Of a DNA stretch of 64,000 bases, positions 50,368-60,537 are shown piece by piece. Each line of letters begins with the position of its first letter. Position 1 is the stretch's first letter. A program made the translations under genes and the position numbers. The notes beneath the pieces are model-generated. The model saw only the letters and a list, made by a program, of their open reading frames with translations, ran no database searches and was not told where the DNA came from. The DNA lies in assembly GCA_963711565.1 (NCBI GenBank), contig CAVQEQ010000004.1:1216001-1280000 (forward strand). Direction: 5' to 3'. This DNA comes from an uncultured delta proteobacterium (GTDB lineage: Bacteria > Desulfobacterota > Binatia > Binatales > Binataceae).

Positions 50368-50469
50368 CGAGGCGTTCTCCTTGGCGGCGTTGCCGCATAA
50401 TAGACTGTGCGCGAGCGCCGCCGCCAGCGACCTGCGAGGTGTTCATCGCAGCGCCAATAACCGCTATCT

Positions 50470-53400
50470 TTGACGGCGCGCGATGTGGGCATTAGCGAGA
50501 TGAGCGAGCGTCTGAAGGTCGCGGGGGACAGACCTCGGCGGGGGATTACGTGGGCGCGGTTCTCGCGATGGGGCGCTGCCGCCTTGGCGATATTTTCGAT
50601 CGCGGCCGCATCGGATCCAACTACATCTTCCGGAAAATTCGTCGGATTCATCGCCGCCGCGATTATGATCGCGACCGTCGGCTACGCGTTTTATGACTAC
50701 CTGCGCCCACTGAAGGAAGATCCCGACTGCGGTCTCTTTACCGCGCTGCTGGTGCTCGTAGCGATCGCAATCCTGAAGCTCGTGCTGATGCCGTACTTTC
50801 CCGGCTTCGGCGTGGACGTTGGCGACTACCAGGCATGGGCGAGCCAGATCGCGACGTTCGGTCCCGCGCATTTCTACCAGCCAGGATTCTTCTGCGACTA
50901 TCCGCCCGGCTATCTGTACGCGCTGTGGGTCGTGGGATTCCTCGCGCATGGCGTCGGCGCGACGGGAGATTTTTACCGAATCATAATTCAGAGCCCCGCG
51001 ATCGTCGCCGACTTCGCGCTGGCGCTCCTGGTCTACGCGTTCGTGCGGCGCGGCGGCCTGCCCGAGATGGCTTTCATCGCGATGCTGATGGTCGCGCTGA
51101 ATCCGGCGCTACTGTTCGACACCGTCGTCTGGGGCCAAAGCGATTCGGTGATGACGCTCCTTATGCTGCTCAGCATCGTGGCGATTCTTGGCGAGCAGTA
51201 CGAAATCGCGTGGGGAGTGGCGGCGATCGCGGTGCTGGTCAAGCCGCAGGGCCTAATGCTGCTGCCGGTGCTCGGTTTCTGGACGATGTTCGAGACTCCC
51301 TTCGCGACGTGGATCAGGTCGGGCGTCGCGCTGATCACGGTCGCGATCATCGGCATCGTGCCGTTCCAGATAGGACAGGAGTGGGACTGGATTTTCAAGC
51401 TTTACACTTCCACCGCTGCCTACTACCACGAGACTTCGGTCAACGCGTTCAACCTGATGGCGTTGCTCGGCGGACTGCGCCAGGCCGATTCGGGAACTCT
51501 GGCGGGCATCCCGTTCCTCTGGATCGGCATGAGCCTGTTGCTTCCGCTGTACGCCTTCGTCGCGTGGATCTTGTGGCGCGGCCGGACGCCGACGCGGCTG
51601 CTACTAGCGTCGTTCATCACGATTTTTGGATTCTTTATGGTCGCACCGCGAATGCACGAGCGGTACCTCTATCCCGCGATCGCGCTCGTCGTGCCGTTGG
51701 CTCTGGAAGCACCCGAGATGCTCGCCGTGTTTGTAATTGTCACGATCACCTGCTTTATCAACCTCATCTACGTTCTGCACACGCTCAACACCGTGGTGTT
51801 CCTCGACTCGCGCGACCTGCTGGCGATGGCGACCTCGGCGCTCAACGTGGTCGCGCTCGCGCTGGCCGTTTACTGGGGCGCGACAGGGCTGCGGGACGCG
51901 AGCACGGAGACCGACGCGGTCCGCGACTTCTTCGCGAAATTCGCGATGCCGCGGCCGATCGAGGAATACGTCGAAGAACCGGCGTGCGCGCCGCCGTGGA
52001 TCGCGATCGATACGATCGTCATCGCGCTTCTGCTGATCGCTGCCGCAATCACGCGCTTCTGGAATCTGGGGCATCCGGCGGAGATCGTTTTCGATGAGGT
52101 CCATTTCGTCGCGCAAGGCCGCCATTACCTGCACGGCGAGTCGTTCCTCGATCCTCATCCGCCGCTTGCCAAGCTTGTAATCTCGCTCGGCATCCTCCTC
52201 TTCGGCGACGTTCCGTTTGGATGGCGGGTCGGCAACGCGACGATAGGCACGGCGCTGGTGGGAATCACGTATCTGCTGGGGCGCCGGCTGACGGGCTCGC
52301 GGCTGGTTGGTGCGATCGCCGGCGCGTGCATTCTTTGCGACGGACTGTACCTGGTCGATTCGCACTACGCCGTGATCGATATCGTCTATCTAACCTGCGC
52401 GGCGGTCGCATACCTGCTGTTTTTCAAATTCGCGGAGACGCCTGATGCGAACGCGCGCCGTCGCATCCTACCGTGGATCGGCCTGGCGCTGGGCTTGTGC
52501 CTGGCGAGCAAACTTTACATCCCGGCGATCACTTTCTTGTTGGTGGTCGGCTTTATCGTTTATGTGATCGCGAGAGATCGCCCGCAGGCCGCACCGCCTC
52601 CGCCGCCGGCCGCCGTGCCAGTCGAGTCAAAGAAGCCGATCGACTCCAAGGCGAAGAAGACAAAAGCGCCCGCGCCACTCTCACCGCCCTCAATCGACCT
52701 TTTCGATCAGACCTCGGCTATCTTCGTTGCGCTGATCTGTATTGTCCTCGGATTGCTCTTGTTCCTGAGCGGCGCTGACGCTGGATACATTCTGTTGACC
52801 GTTCTCGCAGTTCTGGCATTTCGCCTGGCAGAGATTTTCTGGCGCCGCCGCTCGACGCCATCCGCCGTCCAATCGATCCCGACACGGTCGCTGTCCACCT
52901 TTCTCGATCCGATGACCGTCGGCGCAGTGGTGCTCGTTGGATCGGTCGCCTCGATTACGTATCTGGCGGTGTTCTTGCCGCATTACTGGCGCGTATGGGG
53001 AGGGGGCGGCATCTCCGATCTGTTCAAGTACTACAGCGACGTGATCTGGTACGAGAAGAGCGTCGCCTCCGCCACGCATCCGTACTCTTCGCGATGGTGG
53101 AGTTGGCCGCTGATGCTGCGTCCGATCGCGTACTGGCAAAACTTTCCCAAGACGGGCGACGTGCAGACAGTCTGGGGTGGCGGCAATCCGCTGCTATGGT
53201 GGGGCGCGCTGACCGCGATTACGATCACCGCCGTGCAGGCGCTCGAGCGCCCCAGCCTGACGCGCTCGTTCCTCGTCATCGGCTATCTCAGCTACCTGTT
53301 GATATGGGCGTGGATTGGCCGCACGCTGTTCCTCTACCATTACATGGCGTCGGTTTATTTCGGCTACCTGGCGTTGGCGATTTTGCTGGCCGAATGCTTC

Positions 53401-53697
53401 AAGGACCGCGCCGAGCCGTGGGAGCATCTCGCGCTGTTGCTGACGATGACGCCGGTGTTTTTTCTCGGATTGCCGCCGACGTGGGCGTGGCTCACGTTCA
53501 TCGCGGTCGTCGGTGCGTACGGCTTTCTTCTGCTGCGGACTCCGTATGCGGGCCGGTACGTCGCCGGCGTGTTCGTAGTTACCGCGCTGATTCTGTTCGT
53601 GTACTACTTCCCGATTTGGGTCGGCATGCCGATCAGCCGCGAGGGATACTACGCGCGAATGTGGCTGCAATCCGGCGGGGTGCGCAATTGGATTTGA
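50470..53697 (+). CDS. Fused GT-C glycosyltransferase: N-terminal ALG6/GT87-like module plus C-terminal PMT (GT39-like) module; start uncertain
   Basis: DYPPGY, WGQSD, KPQG, MHERY in the N half; FDEVH, HPPLAK, HPYSS.WWSWP, GNP, FLYHY in the C half; many TM helices. Confidence 0.85.
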   Translation: MTARDVGISEMSERLKVAGDRPRRGITWARFSRWGAAALAIFSIAAASDPTTSSGKFVGFIAAAIMIATVGYAFYDYLRPLKEDPDCGLFTALLVLVAIAILKLVLMPYFPGFGVDVGDYQAWASQIATFGPAHFYQPGFFCDYPPGYLYALWVVGFLAHGVGATGDFYRIIIQSPAIVADFALALLVYAFVRRGGLPEMAFIAMLMVALNPALLFDTVVWGQSDSVMTLLMLLSIVAILGEQYEIAWGVAAIAVLVKPQGLMLLPVLGFWTMFETPFATWIRSGVALITVAIIGIVPFQIGQEWDWIFKLYTSTAAYYHETSVNAFNLMALLGGLRQADSGTLAGIPFLWIGMSLLLPLYAFVAWILWRGRTPTRLLLASFITIFGFFMVAPRMHERYLYPAIALVVPLALEAPEMLAVFVIVTITCFINLIYVLHTLNTVVFLDSRDLLAMATSALNVVALALAVYWGATGLRDASTETDAVRDFFAKFAMPRPIEEYVEEPACAPPWIAIDTIVIALLLIAAAITRFWNLGHPAEIVFDEVHFVAQGRHYLHGESFLDPHPPLAKLVISLGILLFGDVPFGWRVGNATIGTALVGITYLLGRRLTGSRLVGAIAGACILCDGLYLVDSHYAVIDIVYLTCAAVAYLLFFKFAETPDANARRRILPWIGLALGLCLASKLYIPAITFLLVVGFIVYVIARDRPQAAPPPPPAAVPVESKKPIDSKAKKTKAPAPLSPPSIDLFDQTSAIFVALICIVLGLLLFLSGADAGYILLTVLAVLAFRLAEIFWRRRSTPSAVQSIPTRSLSTFLDPMTVGAVVLVGSVASITYLAVFLPHYWRVWGGGGISDLFKYYSDVIWYEKSVASATHPYSSRWWSWPLMLRPIAYWQNFPKTGDVQTVWGGGNPLLWWGALTAITITAVQALERPSLTRSFLVIGYLSYLLIWAWIGRTLFLYHYMASVYFGYLALAILLAECFKDRAEPWEHLALLLTMTPVFFLGLPPTWAWLTFIAVVGAYGFLLLRTPYAGRYVAGVFVVTALILFVYYFPIWVGMPISREGYYARMWLQSGGVRNWI

Positions 53698-54512
53698 TCG
53701 CGCGCCCGCATTCGTATCGCGTCCTCGCGCGATTGTTCCCCTTCCCTCGAGGGAAGGGGTTAGGGGTTAGGTTGCTCTCCGCATTTTTTCTCTGCGCGAT
53801 GCTCGCCGTCATGTCCGCTCCTCGCCCGGCCGCCGCCGCCGATCAGAAAAACCTGCTGCTGAACGGCGACTTCGCCAAAGGCTCCGAGGATCAGCCGGAT
53901 TCGTGGCGCACCGAGGCCTGGATTAACAGTCCCGATGCGTTCCAGACTCATTGGCATCAGTACACCGACAGGCCCAGCGAGATGGAGGTCAACAACCTGC
54001 AGGCCAATGACGGGCGCTGGATGCAACCGCTGACCGTGCCGCCGGGATGGTATCAGCTCAGCGTCGATGTCCGCACCGAAAATGTCGGCGCCAAGGAATC
54101 CGGCGCGTCGATGTCGGTCATGGAAGACGGCATCATGTCCGCCGATATTCACGGCACCACCGACTGGCAGCGCGTGACGCTCTATCTGAAGGTCGGCGGG
54201 CACGGCGCCGACATCGACGTGGCGTTGCGAGTCGGCGGATTCGGCAGCCTGAACACGGGCAAGGCATTTTTCAGAAATGCGTCGATGGTCGCGATTGACG
54301 CGCCGCCGCCTAACGCGACTCCCACCTACGACTTGAACGCGATTCGGCAGCAGGGCGCGCCGGCGCCGATCGGCTCGCCAATCTCGCTGGTGGTCACCTT
54401 CCTGGCGCTGGCGGGAGTCGCATGGGCCGGCTGGCGCATCTACGGTGACGAAGACTTTCGCATCTTCAATACATTCCGTGCCGCCCTGTCGGGGCACCCG
54501 AACAAGCGATGA
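53694..54512 (+). CDS. Exported carbohydrate-binding-module-like protein with C-terminal TM anchor
   Basis: Signal peptide, NLLLNGDF, GTTDWQ.V, G.A.F (CBM4/9-like jelly roll), TM helix; TTG start overlaps the upstream stop. Confidence 0.7.
   Translation: MIARPHSYRVLARLFPFPRGKGLGVRLLSAFFLCAMLAVMSAPRPAAAADQKNLLLNGDFAKGSEDQPDSWRTEAWINSPDAFQTHWHQYTDRPSEMEVNNLQANDGRWMQPLTVPPGWYQLSVDVRTENVGAKESGASMSVMEDGIMSADIHGTTDWQRVTLYLKVGGHGADIDVALRVGGFGSLNTGKAFFRNASMVAIDAPPPNATPTYDLNAIRQQGAPAPIGSPISLVVTFLALAGVAWAGWRIYGDEDFRIFNTFRAALSGHPNKR
53735..53773. repeat. Palindromic repeat family A at the 5' end of the CBM gene
   Basis: Identical to 34921-34959; reads FPFPRGKGLGVR in frame. Confidence 0.85.
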
Positions 54513-56527
54513 CGTCGGGCGTGGCGAACTCCAGCCGCGCGATTGCGCCCGACGATCGCCACCGGCAACTCGAAGCCGCGGTCTTTCTGATCCCGTTCAT
54601 CACCTACGCCTACTTTTACCAGGGCGCTGACCAGAGCGTCGCGTGCCGCTTCGATCTGATGCGTTCGATCCTCGAGAAGGGCGCTCTATGGATCAACGAT
54701 TTCTGCGGCTTCAACACCGCCGACATCATCACGTTTCACGGCCACATCTACTCCGTGAAGGCGCCCGGCACATCCTACACCGCACTCGTCCCATGGTGGA
54801 TCTTCACACACCTGCTGAAGCCGATGATGGCGAATCACGAACCGCTCTACTGGGCGTTTGTAACCTACCTGACGACGGTGTTCACGACCGGCCTGCTGGT
54901 CGCGGTGATGTGCGTCGTCATGTTTCGCTTCGCGCGATTTCTCGGCGCGTCGGAGGGCCGCGCCGCCGGCATCGCACTGATTCTCGGTCTCGGGACGATC
55001 GCGTTTCCGTACGCGACCGAACTCACCGGCGAACCGGTCGCCGCAGTATGCGTTTTCACCGCGTTCTACTTGCTGGCGACGTTCGAGACGCGTCCGTCAT
55101 TGATGCGCGGGCTAGCCGCCGGCTTCCTGGCGGGATGGGCGGTGCTGAACGATTACCCGGTTTTTCTGGTCGCAGCGGCGATCGGCATCTACGCCTTGTT
55201 CAAGCTGCGCGACTGGAAACATTTGGGGGCGTTCTCCGTCGGCGCCGCGATCACCGTTGCGATCATGCTCGCCTACAACTGGGGCGCCTTCGGCCATCCA
55301 TTCTTTTTCAGCTACCAGGCGTTCAAGGCCGCGCCCGCCGAGAACCGTCAATTCCCGGAGCAAGCGGTCGGCTTCGTGGGCCTGACCTATCCGAAGATGC
55401 GGATTCTGTGGAACGTGCTGCTCGATCCGCAGCGCGGACTGCTCTTTTGCAACCCAGTCCTGTTGCTGTCAATCGTCGGCGTTTGTTATTTCGCGCGGCT
55501 GAAACAATGGCGCGCCGAGTTCGTCGTCACTGTTTATTCGTTCGTCGTGTTGATCCTGTTCAACGCCGCGTATGGCGAATCGATCGTATCGTGGGGAGGC
55601 GGCACCGCGACCGGTCCGCGTCAAATCGTTGCCTCGGTGCCGTTCATGGTCCTCGCGCTCGCGTTTCTCCCGGCCGCGTTCAACTGGCTGCTGGGCGCGA
55701 TCGGCGCGCTGTCGGTCGCAATCATGTTGATGGCGACCTCGACCAATCCGCACTTCCCCTATGAGTACGACAACCCGGTGCGCGACTTCGCCCTGCAGCA
55801 ATTCATGCGCGGCGAGTTCGCCGCCAACCGCGACGCCTTCTTTGGCGGCGGTGTGATCGTTCGCGATTCGGTCGCCTTCAACCTCGGCAAACTTGTAGGA
55901 CTGCCCGGCCCGTTTCAGCTATGGCCGCTCGCTGTGCTTTGGATCTTCGGCGCCTTCGATCTATCGGAAACGCTCGGCCTATGGGGCGAGGGCGCCTCGC
56001 GACGCTTGACGCAAATCGCCACGACCGTCGGAATCGCGGCGCTGTTCCTGCTTTCGATGAATCAACGAGTCATGCAGCGATTCGTACAGAGCGGCAAGCA
56101 TGGGCTGCTGGGCAGGTACTACGTCGGCGACCAATGCGGCGAGACCCCGCCGCATATCGTGCGCGTCGATCGGCAACTGGACTTCGATGAGATTTCCGAG
56201 ATGGGTGCGATGCCCTTTCCGTCGTGCGACATCTGGCGCGGCCAGCTAATCGCGCCAAAGACGGGAGACTACGAGTTCGCGATCGACGTTGACGACTCAG
56301 GATGGGTCACGGTGGACGGCACTCCGGTGATTCACGACCCGGGCCCGGTCAACAAGTCTCACGACGCCGGCACGATCCACCTTACCCAGGGCCCTCATCG
56401 CATCGAGGTAGGCGAGCGCAACCTCGGCGGCGGCTCATACCTGCACCTATACTGGAAACTACCTGACACGTCCGACCAGCAAATCATCCCCGCCGAAGCA
56501 CTAATCCCCGACCGCGCGGGTTCCTAA
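54509..56527 (+). CDS. Polytopic GT-C-like membrane protein with C-terminal PA14 domain
   Basis: YSVKAPG, YNW.AFG.P, RGLL, W.GG...GPR; PA14 motifs GLLGRYY, RVD, WRG.L..P.TG.Y.F...DD, L.W. Confidence 0.75.
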   Translation: MTSGVANSSRAIAPDDRHRQLEAAVFLIPFITYAYFYQGADQSVACRFDLMRSILEKGALWINDFCGFNTADIITFHGHIYSVKAPGTSYTALVPWWIFTHLLKPMMANHEPLYWAFVTYLTTVFTTGLLVAVMCVVMFRFARFLGASEGRAAGIALILGLGTIAFPYATELTGEPVAAVCVFTAFYLLATFETRPSLMRGLAAGFLAGWAVLNDYPVFLVAAAIGIYALFKLRDWKHLGAFSVGAAITVAIMLAYNWGAFGHPFFFSYQAFKAAPAENRQFPEQAVGFVGLTYPKMRILWNVLLDPQRGLLFCNPVLLLSIVGVCYFARLKQWRAEFVVTVYSFVVLILFNAAYGESIVSWGGGTATGPRQIVASVPFMVLALAFLPAAFNWLLGAIGALSVAIMLMATSTNPHFPYEYDNPVRDFALQQFMRGEFAANRDAFFGGGVIVRDSVAFNLGKLVGLPGPFQLWPLAVLWIFGAFDLSETLGLWGEGASRRLTQIATTVGIAALFLLSMNQRVMQRFVQSGKHGLLGRYYVGDQCGETPPHIVRVDRQLDFDEISEMGAMPFPSCDIWRGQLIAPKTGDYEFAIDVDDSGWVTVDGTPVIHDPGPVNKSHDAGTIHLTQGPHRIEVGERNLGGGSYLHLYWKLPDTSDQQIIPAEALIPDRAGS

Positions 56528-56529
56528 CT

Positions 56530-57612
56530 CTAATCCCGCTCGGGCAACAGTCCTGCGCGCGTGACTTCGCGGCGTTCGCTTTTGTCCAGGGCTTCCGCGG
56601 CGCGCGAGAGTGGGAATGTTGCGTCGCACATTTCTAGGTAGGGCAGGCGGTCGATGTTTGCGGCGAGGAAGTCCAGTGATTTTTTCAGGTAGTGCGGCGG
56701 GTAGGTCGCCACGCCGATAATTTCCAGCGACTTGAACGTGATCACTGACGGCGGTAGCTGGACCGTCAATCCGCCCGAGATGTTGCCGACTTCGATGACG
56801 CGGCCGCCGACGCGCACCATCCGGAGCGCTTCGCTGAATGCCTCGGGCACGCCGGCTACCTCCAGCACCACGTCAGGCTGCCCGCCGCATAGCTCGCGCA
56901 CCCGCTTGTCGCGAGCTTCGGAGTCGGCGTGGTCGCGCATATCGACGGTCTCGTCGGCGCCGAATCGGCGCGCCTCGCGCAGCCTTAAATCGACGCCATC
57001 GACTGCGATCACGCGCGCGCCGCGAGCTTTGGCGATCGCCATCGCATGCAGGCCGAGGCCTCCGGCGCCGAGGATCACGATCGTTTCGCCGTACGACAGC
57101 CGCGCTCGATCGAGACTCCAGAAGACTTGCGACATCGCGCAATTCGCCGACGACGCCACCAGGTCGGGCACGTTGTCAGGGACGCGATAGAAGTGTTGGT
57201 CCGGCTTTACGACGTAGTGAGTCGCGAAGGTTGCTGTGAAGTGCGGGGGCTCATCAGGATGCCGCGCGCCGACGACCTTCGCCGTGCACGCCGCATGATT
57301 CCCGCTGACGCAATTCACGCATCGATTGCAGACGGTGTAGTAAACCGGAGCGATTCGATCGCCTTCCCTGACTGGCACTCCCGCCCAGTCCGCGCGCACG
57401 CCCGCGCCGAGCGCCGCGATGCGCCCGCTCATCTCATGCCCCGGCATCACGCCGCGCCGCCCGAACTCGCCCTTCCACATATGGACTTCGGAACCGCATA
57501 CGTTGGTCTGCGTGACCGCCGCGACCAGACCGCCGGCTGCGGGCGGCGGCACGTCGTATTCGTGGAATTCGATTTTGTGTGCGGTGGGGATGTAGGCGAC
57601 GCGACCTTTCAT
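56530..57612 (-). CDS. Zinc-binding dehydrogenase (MDR family)
   Basis: CGSE.H, GHE, CxxCxxC...C, GAGGLG. Confidence 0.88.
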   Translation of the reverse strand: MKGRVAYIPTAHKIEFHEYDVPPPAAGGLVAAVTQTNVCGSEVHMWKGEFGRRGVMPGHEMSGRIAALGAGVRADWAGVPVREGDRIAPVYYTVCNRCVNCVSGNHAACTAKVVGARHPDEPPHFTATFATHYVVKPDQHFYRVPDNVPDLVASSANCAMSQVFWSLDRARLSYGETIVILGAGGLGLHAMAIAKARGARVIAVDGVDLRLREARRFGADETVDMRDHADSEARDKRVRELCGGQPDVVLEVAGVPEAFSEALRMVRVGGRVIEVGNISGGLTVQLPPSVITFKSLEIIGVATYPPHYLKKSLDFLAANIDRLPYLEMCDATFPLSRAAEALDKSERREVTRAGLLPERD

Positions 57613-57699
57613 GGCATGGCCTCCAGAGCGCAACGAAAAGGGATGATGGCCCCGGTTTCATCCCGGACGGAAAAAATGTCAAGCCGCGCGAATCTCCCC

Positions 57700-58380
57700 C
57701 TACTGCGGAGGAGGCGCCGGCAGATTGAGGTTGCCGCCAAGCGAAAATCCGTGCAGCGAAGTCGGCGCTTCGCGTTGCGCTGACGTTTTGTCTATCGAGG
57801 TCGGCGGCCTGCGCGGCGGCGCCGACGATTGTGCGGTCACCGGCGCAGCTGGCACTGGCGTGTTGGCGGGCTTTGCGAATACCGGGCGATGGGTCTTCTT
57901 CGCTTCGACCAGCACCTCGCGCAGCAGATTCGATTCCTGGATTCCGTGCGATACGCAATCGACATCGGTGGCCGGATGCAACGGGACCTTGACCGACGAG
58001 TTGAAGGTCGCGCGCACCTCGACGAGAGTCGCCTCCGTGCCGCGCGGCCGCACCAGGAAGTTGTACACCGACGATGAATCCAGCTCCGGCTCGGCGGTGT
58101 AGGAGCCCGCGACACTCCTTACCTTTCCGCAATCGGCGTCGTGAAGCGTGAAGCGCGGACCGGCGGCTTCGATGATTCCGTTGGTCATGTCCTGCGCCTG
58201 CACGTGGAACGAATTTTCGGTAACGACCGCATTCACCGCGTCCCACGCCAGATCGTACGGCAGCGGAATCACAACTTCCTGCTTCTCGTCAGGCGGCGGC
58301 TGCGTAACAGGAGGATAGAGGCATCCAACGGCAATCAGCGCCGCAACCAGCCCCAAAATCGAAATTCTCACCCCACGCAT
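57700..58380 (-). CDS. Uncharacterised lipoprotein
   Basis: Lipobox IAVGC; Cys pair DCG/DCVSHG; Pro-rich tail. Confidence 0.7.
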   Translation of the reverse strand: MRGVRISILGLVAALIAVGCLYPPVTQPPPDEKQEVVIPLPYDLAWDAVNAVVTENSFHVQAQDMTNGIIEAAGPRFTLHDADCGKVRSVAGSYTAEPELDSSSVYNFLVRPRGTEATLVEVRATFNSSVKVPLHPATDVDCVSHGIQESNLLREVLVEAKKTHRPVFAKPANTPVPAAPVTAQSSAPPRRPPTSIDKTSAQREAPTSLHGFSLGGNLNLPAPPPQ

Positions 58381-58566
58381 TGCCTATTCACCGTCGCGTC
58401 GCGGCCGCATGATAGTAGAAGCGGACTGCGGCGCGTCCAAGTTTTCCATACTCGCCCGTGCGGATGCCATCGCCTTCGCGCCATTCCCCCTTGCACGAAA
58501 CTTTATGATAATCTCGGCGTCGTTCGGGACCCGCCCGCCAAGGTGGCCCCGCGGAAGGTATTTGCC

Positions 58567-59319
58567 ATGTCGGGTCATTCGAAATGGAGTTCGATCAAGC
58601 ACAAGAAGGCGATCACCGACTCCAAACGCGGCCGCGTCTTCACCAAGATGATCAAGGAAATCACGATCGCGGCGCGGCTCGGCGGCGGAGACATCAATTC
58701 CAACCCGCGCCTGCGCACGGCGGTGACCGTCGCCAAGAAGCAATCGATGCCCAACGATAATATCGATCGCGCGATCAAGAAGGGCACCGGCGAAATCGCG
58801 GGCGCGTCGCTCGAGGAGATCACCTACGAAGGCTACGGCCCCGGCGGTGTCGCGATAATGGTCGATGTGCTGTCGGACAATCGAAATCGCACTGTCGCGG
58901 AGTTGCGCTTCGTCTTCTCGCGGCGCGGCGGGAACCTGGGTGAAGTCGGATGCGTGGGCTGGATGTTCAAAAAGCGCGGCGTGATTGGAATCGAGAAATC
59001 CGCCATCGAGGAGGACAAGCTGCTCGAACTCGCGCTCGATGCCGGCGCCGACGACGTGACCAGCGACGGCGAGACTTTCCAGGTCCTCACTTCACCTGAC
59101 AAGCTCAACGCGGTGCGCGACGCGCTCGAAAAAGCAGGCCTCGCGATCGCGCATTCGGAACAGACGCGGATTCCTGAAAATACGGTGGCGGTTTCCGGCC
59201 ATGCGGCCGAGCAGGTGCTGAAGCTGATGGAAGAACTCGAGGATCACGACGACGTGCAGAACGTCGCCGCCAACTTCGATATCAGCGACGAAGAGATGGC
59301 GCAGTTCTCGGCGGCGTAA
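58567..59319 (+). CDS. yebC: YebC/PmpR family protein
   Basis: [32 protein letters not shown]. Confidence 0.96.
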   Translation: MSGHSKWSSIKHKKAITDSKRGRVFTKMIKEITIAARLGGGDINSNPRLRTAVTVAKKQSMPNDNIDRAIKKGTGEIAGASLEEITYEGYGPGGVAIMVDVLSDNRNRTVAELRFVFSRRGGNLGEVGCVGWMFKKRGVIGIEKSAIEEDKLLELALDAGADDVTSDGETFQVLTSPDKLNAVRDALEKAGLAIAHSEQTRIPENTVAVSGHAAEQVLKLMEELEDHDDVQNVAANFDISDEEMAQFSAA

Positions 59320-59350
59320 CGTCGCGCGGGCACTGCCGCGGAGGTGGGGT

Positions 59351-59899
59351 ATGCGGATACTCGGGGTGGATCCCGGGAGTGCGGTATGCGGTTACGGCGT
59401 CGTCGAAGGCCCGGACGGCGGCGGACGCTACGTGACGGCGGGCACTATTCGATGCGCTTCGCTCGCGCCGGGGCCGATGCGCCTCCGGCGGATTCACGAA
59501 AATCTCCTCGCCATCATCGACGAGTTCTCGCCCACAGCACTGAGCCTCGAGCGTCACTTCGTCGCCGCCAACGTGCAGAGTGCGTTTCGCCTCGGCGAGG
59601 CGCGCGCGATGGCAATGCTGGCGGCGGCGGAGCGTGGCCTCGCGATGTACGAATATCCGCCGAACGAAGTTAAGCTCTGCGTCGCCGGCCACGGACACGC
59701 CGACAAGGCGCAGGTGAAATACATGGTGCGCAAGACCTTGAAACTCGATCCGGCGATCGAACTCGCCGACGACGCAGCGGACGCGCTCGCGATTGCGCTG
59801 TGCCATCTCGGCCGCGGCCGCATGCCCAACCTGGTCGAGGCGATCGAGCGCATTCGCCCCGCTGTGTCGCGCCGCAAGCCCCGGATGGTGCCGCAATGA
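59351..59899 (+). CDS. ruvC: Holliday junction resolvase
   Basis: ILGVDPG, E, VK..V.G.G.ADK.QV, DAADALAIA. Confidence 0.95.
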   Translation: MRILGVDPGSAVCGYGVVEGPDGGGRYVTAGTIRCASLAPGPMRLRRIHENLLAIIDEFSPTALSLERHFVAANVQSAFRLGEARAMAMLAAAERGLAMYEYPPNEVKLCVAGHGHADKAQVKYMVRKTLKLDPAIELADDAADALAIALCHLGRGRMPNLVEAIERIRPAVSRRKPRMVPQ

Positions 59900-60537
59900 T
59901 CGCATCGCTGTCAGGGGCGCTGATTGTTCGCGACGCGGGGCGTATCGTCGTCGAGACGGGAGGCGTCGGCTACGAAGTGCTGATCCCGCTCAGCACCTAC
60001 TATCGATTGCCGCAACTCGGCGAGCGGGTAGCGCTCGAAATTCGGCAGGTCGTCCGCGAGGACGCGCTGATGCTTTACGGATTTTCCAGCGCGACCGAGA
60101 AACGCGCCTTCGACCTGCTGATGAGCGTGCAGCATGTCGGCCCGAAACTCGCGCTCGCGATCCTGTCGGTGCTCGCGCCCGAAGAGTTGGTCGCCGCAAT
60201 TGGGAAGGGCGACGTCGAGCGAATCGACGCAGTGCCCGGCGTCGGTCCCAAGGTCGCCGAGCGCGTCGTGCGCGAGCTGCGGGACAAAGTCGCCGACTTG
60301 AAGATGGCGGCGCCGTCAACCAGCGCGTCGAACGGTCATCTGCGCCCGGTGCCCGACGGCAACGGACGCCCCGCGGGTCCGGCCGACGAAGCAATTTCCG
60401 CGCTGGTGAATCTCGGCATGAAGCCGATCGAAGCGAAGCGCACGGTTGACGCGGTCATTGCGGCAGACGCGGGCGCCGCGGAAAATTCGGAAGTTCTGAT
60501 TCGCAAATCATTGGCGGTGCTGCTTGTTGAAAAGTAA
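59896..60537 (+). CDS. ruvA: Holliday junction branch migration protein A
   Basis: MIASLSG, GGVGY, VRED..LYGF, VGPK, PGVGPK. Confidence 0.95.
   Translation: MIASLSGALIVRDAGRIVVETGGVGYEVLIPLSTYYRLPQLGERVALEIRQVVREDALMLYGFSSATEKRAFDLLMSVQHVGPKLALAILSVLAPEELVAAIGKGDVERIDAVPGVGPKVAERVVRELRDKVADLKMAAPSTSASNGHLRPVPDGNGRPAGPADEAISALVNLGMKPIEAKRTVDAVIAADAGAAENSEVLIRKSLAVLLVEK

Noticed and set aside
52995-53693. 505-aa ORF start at 52995
   Set aside because: The N-terminal 233 codons overlap the GT-C gene out of frame. The real protein most likely starts at or after 53694.
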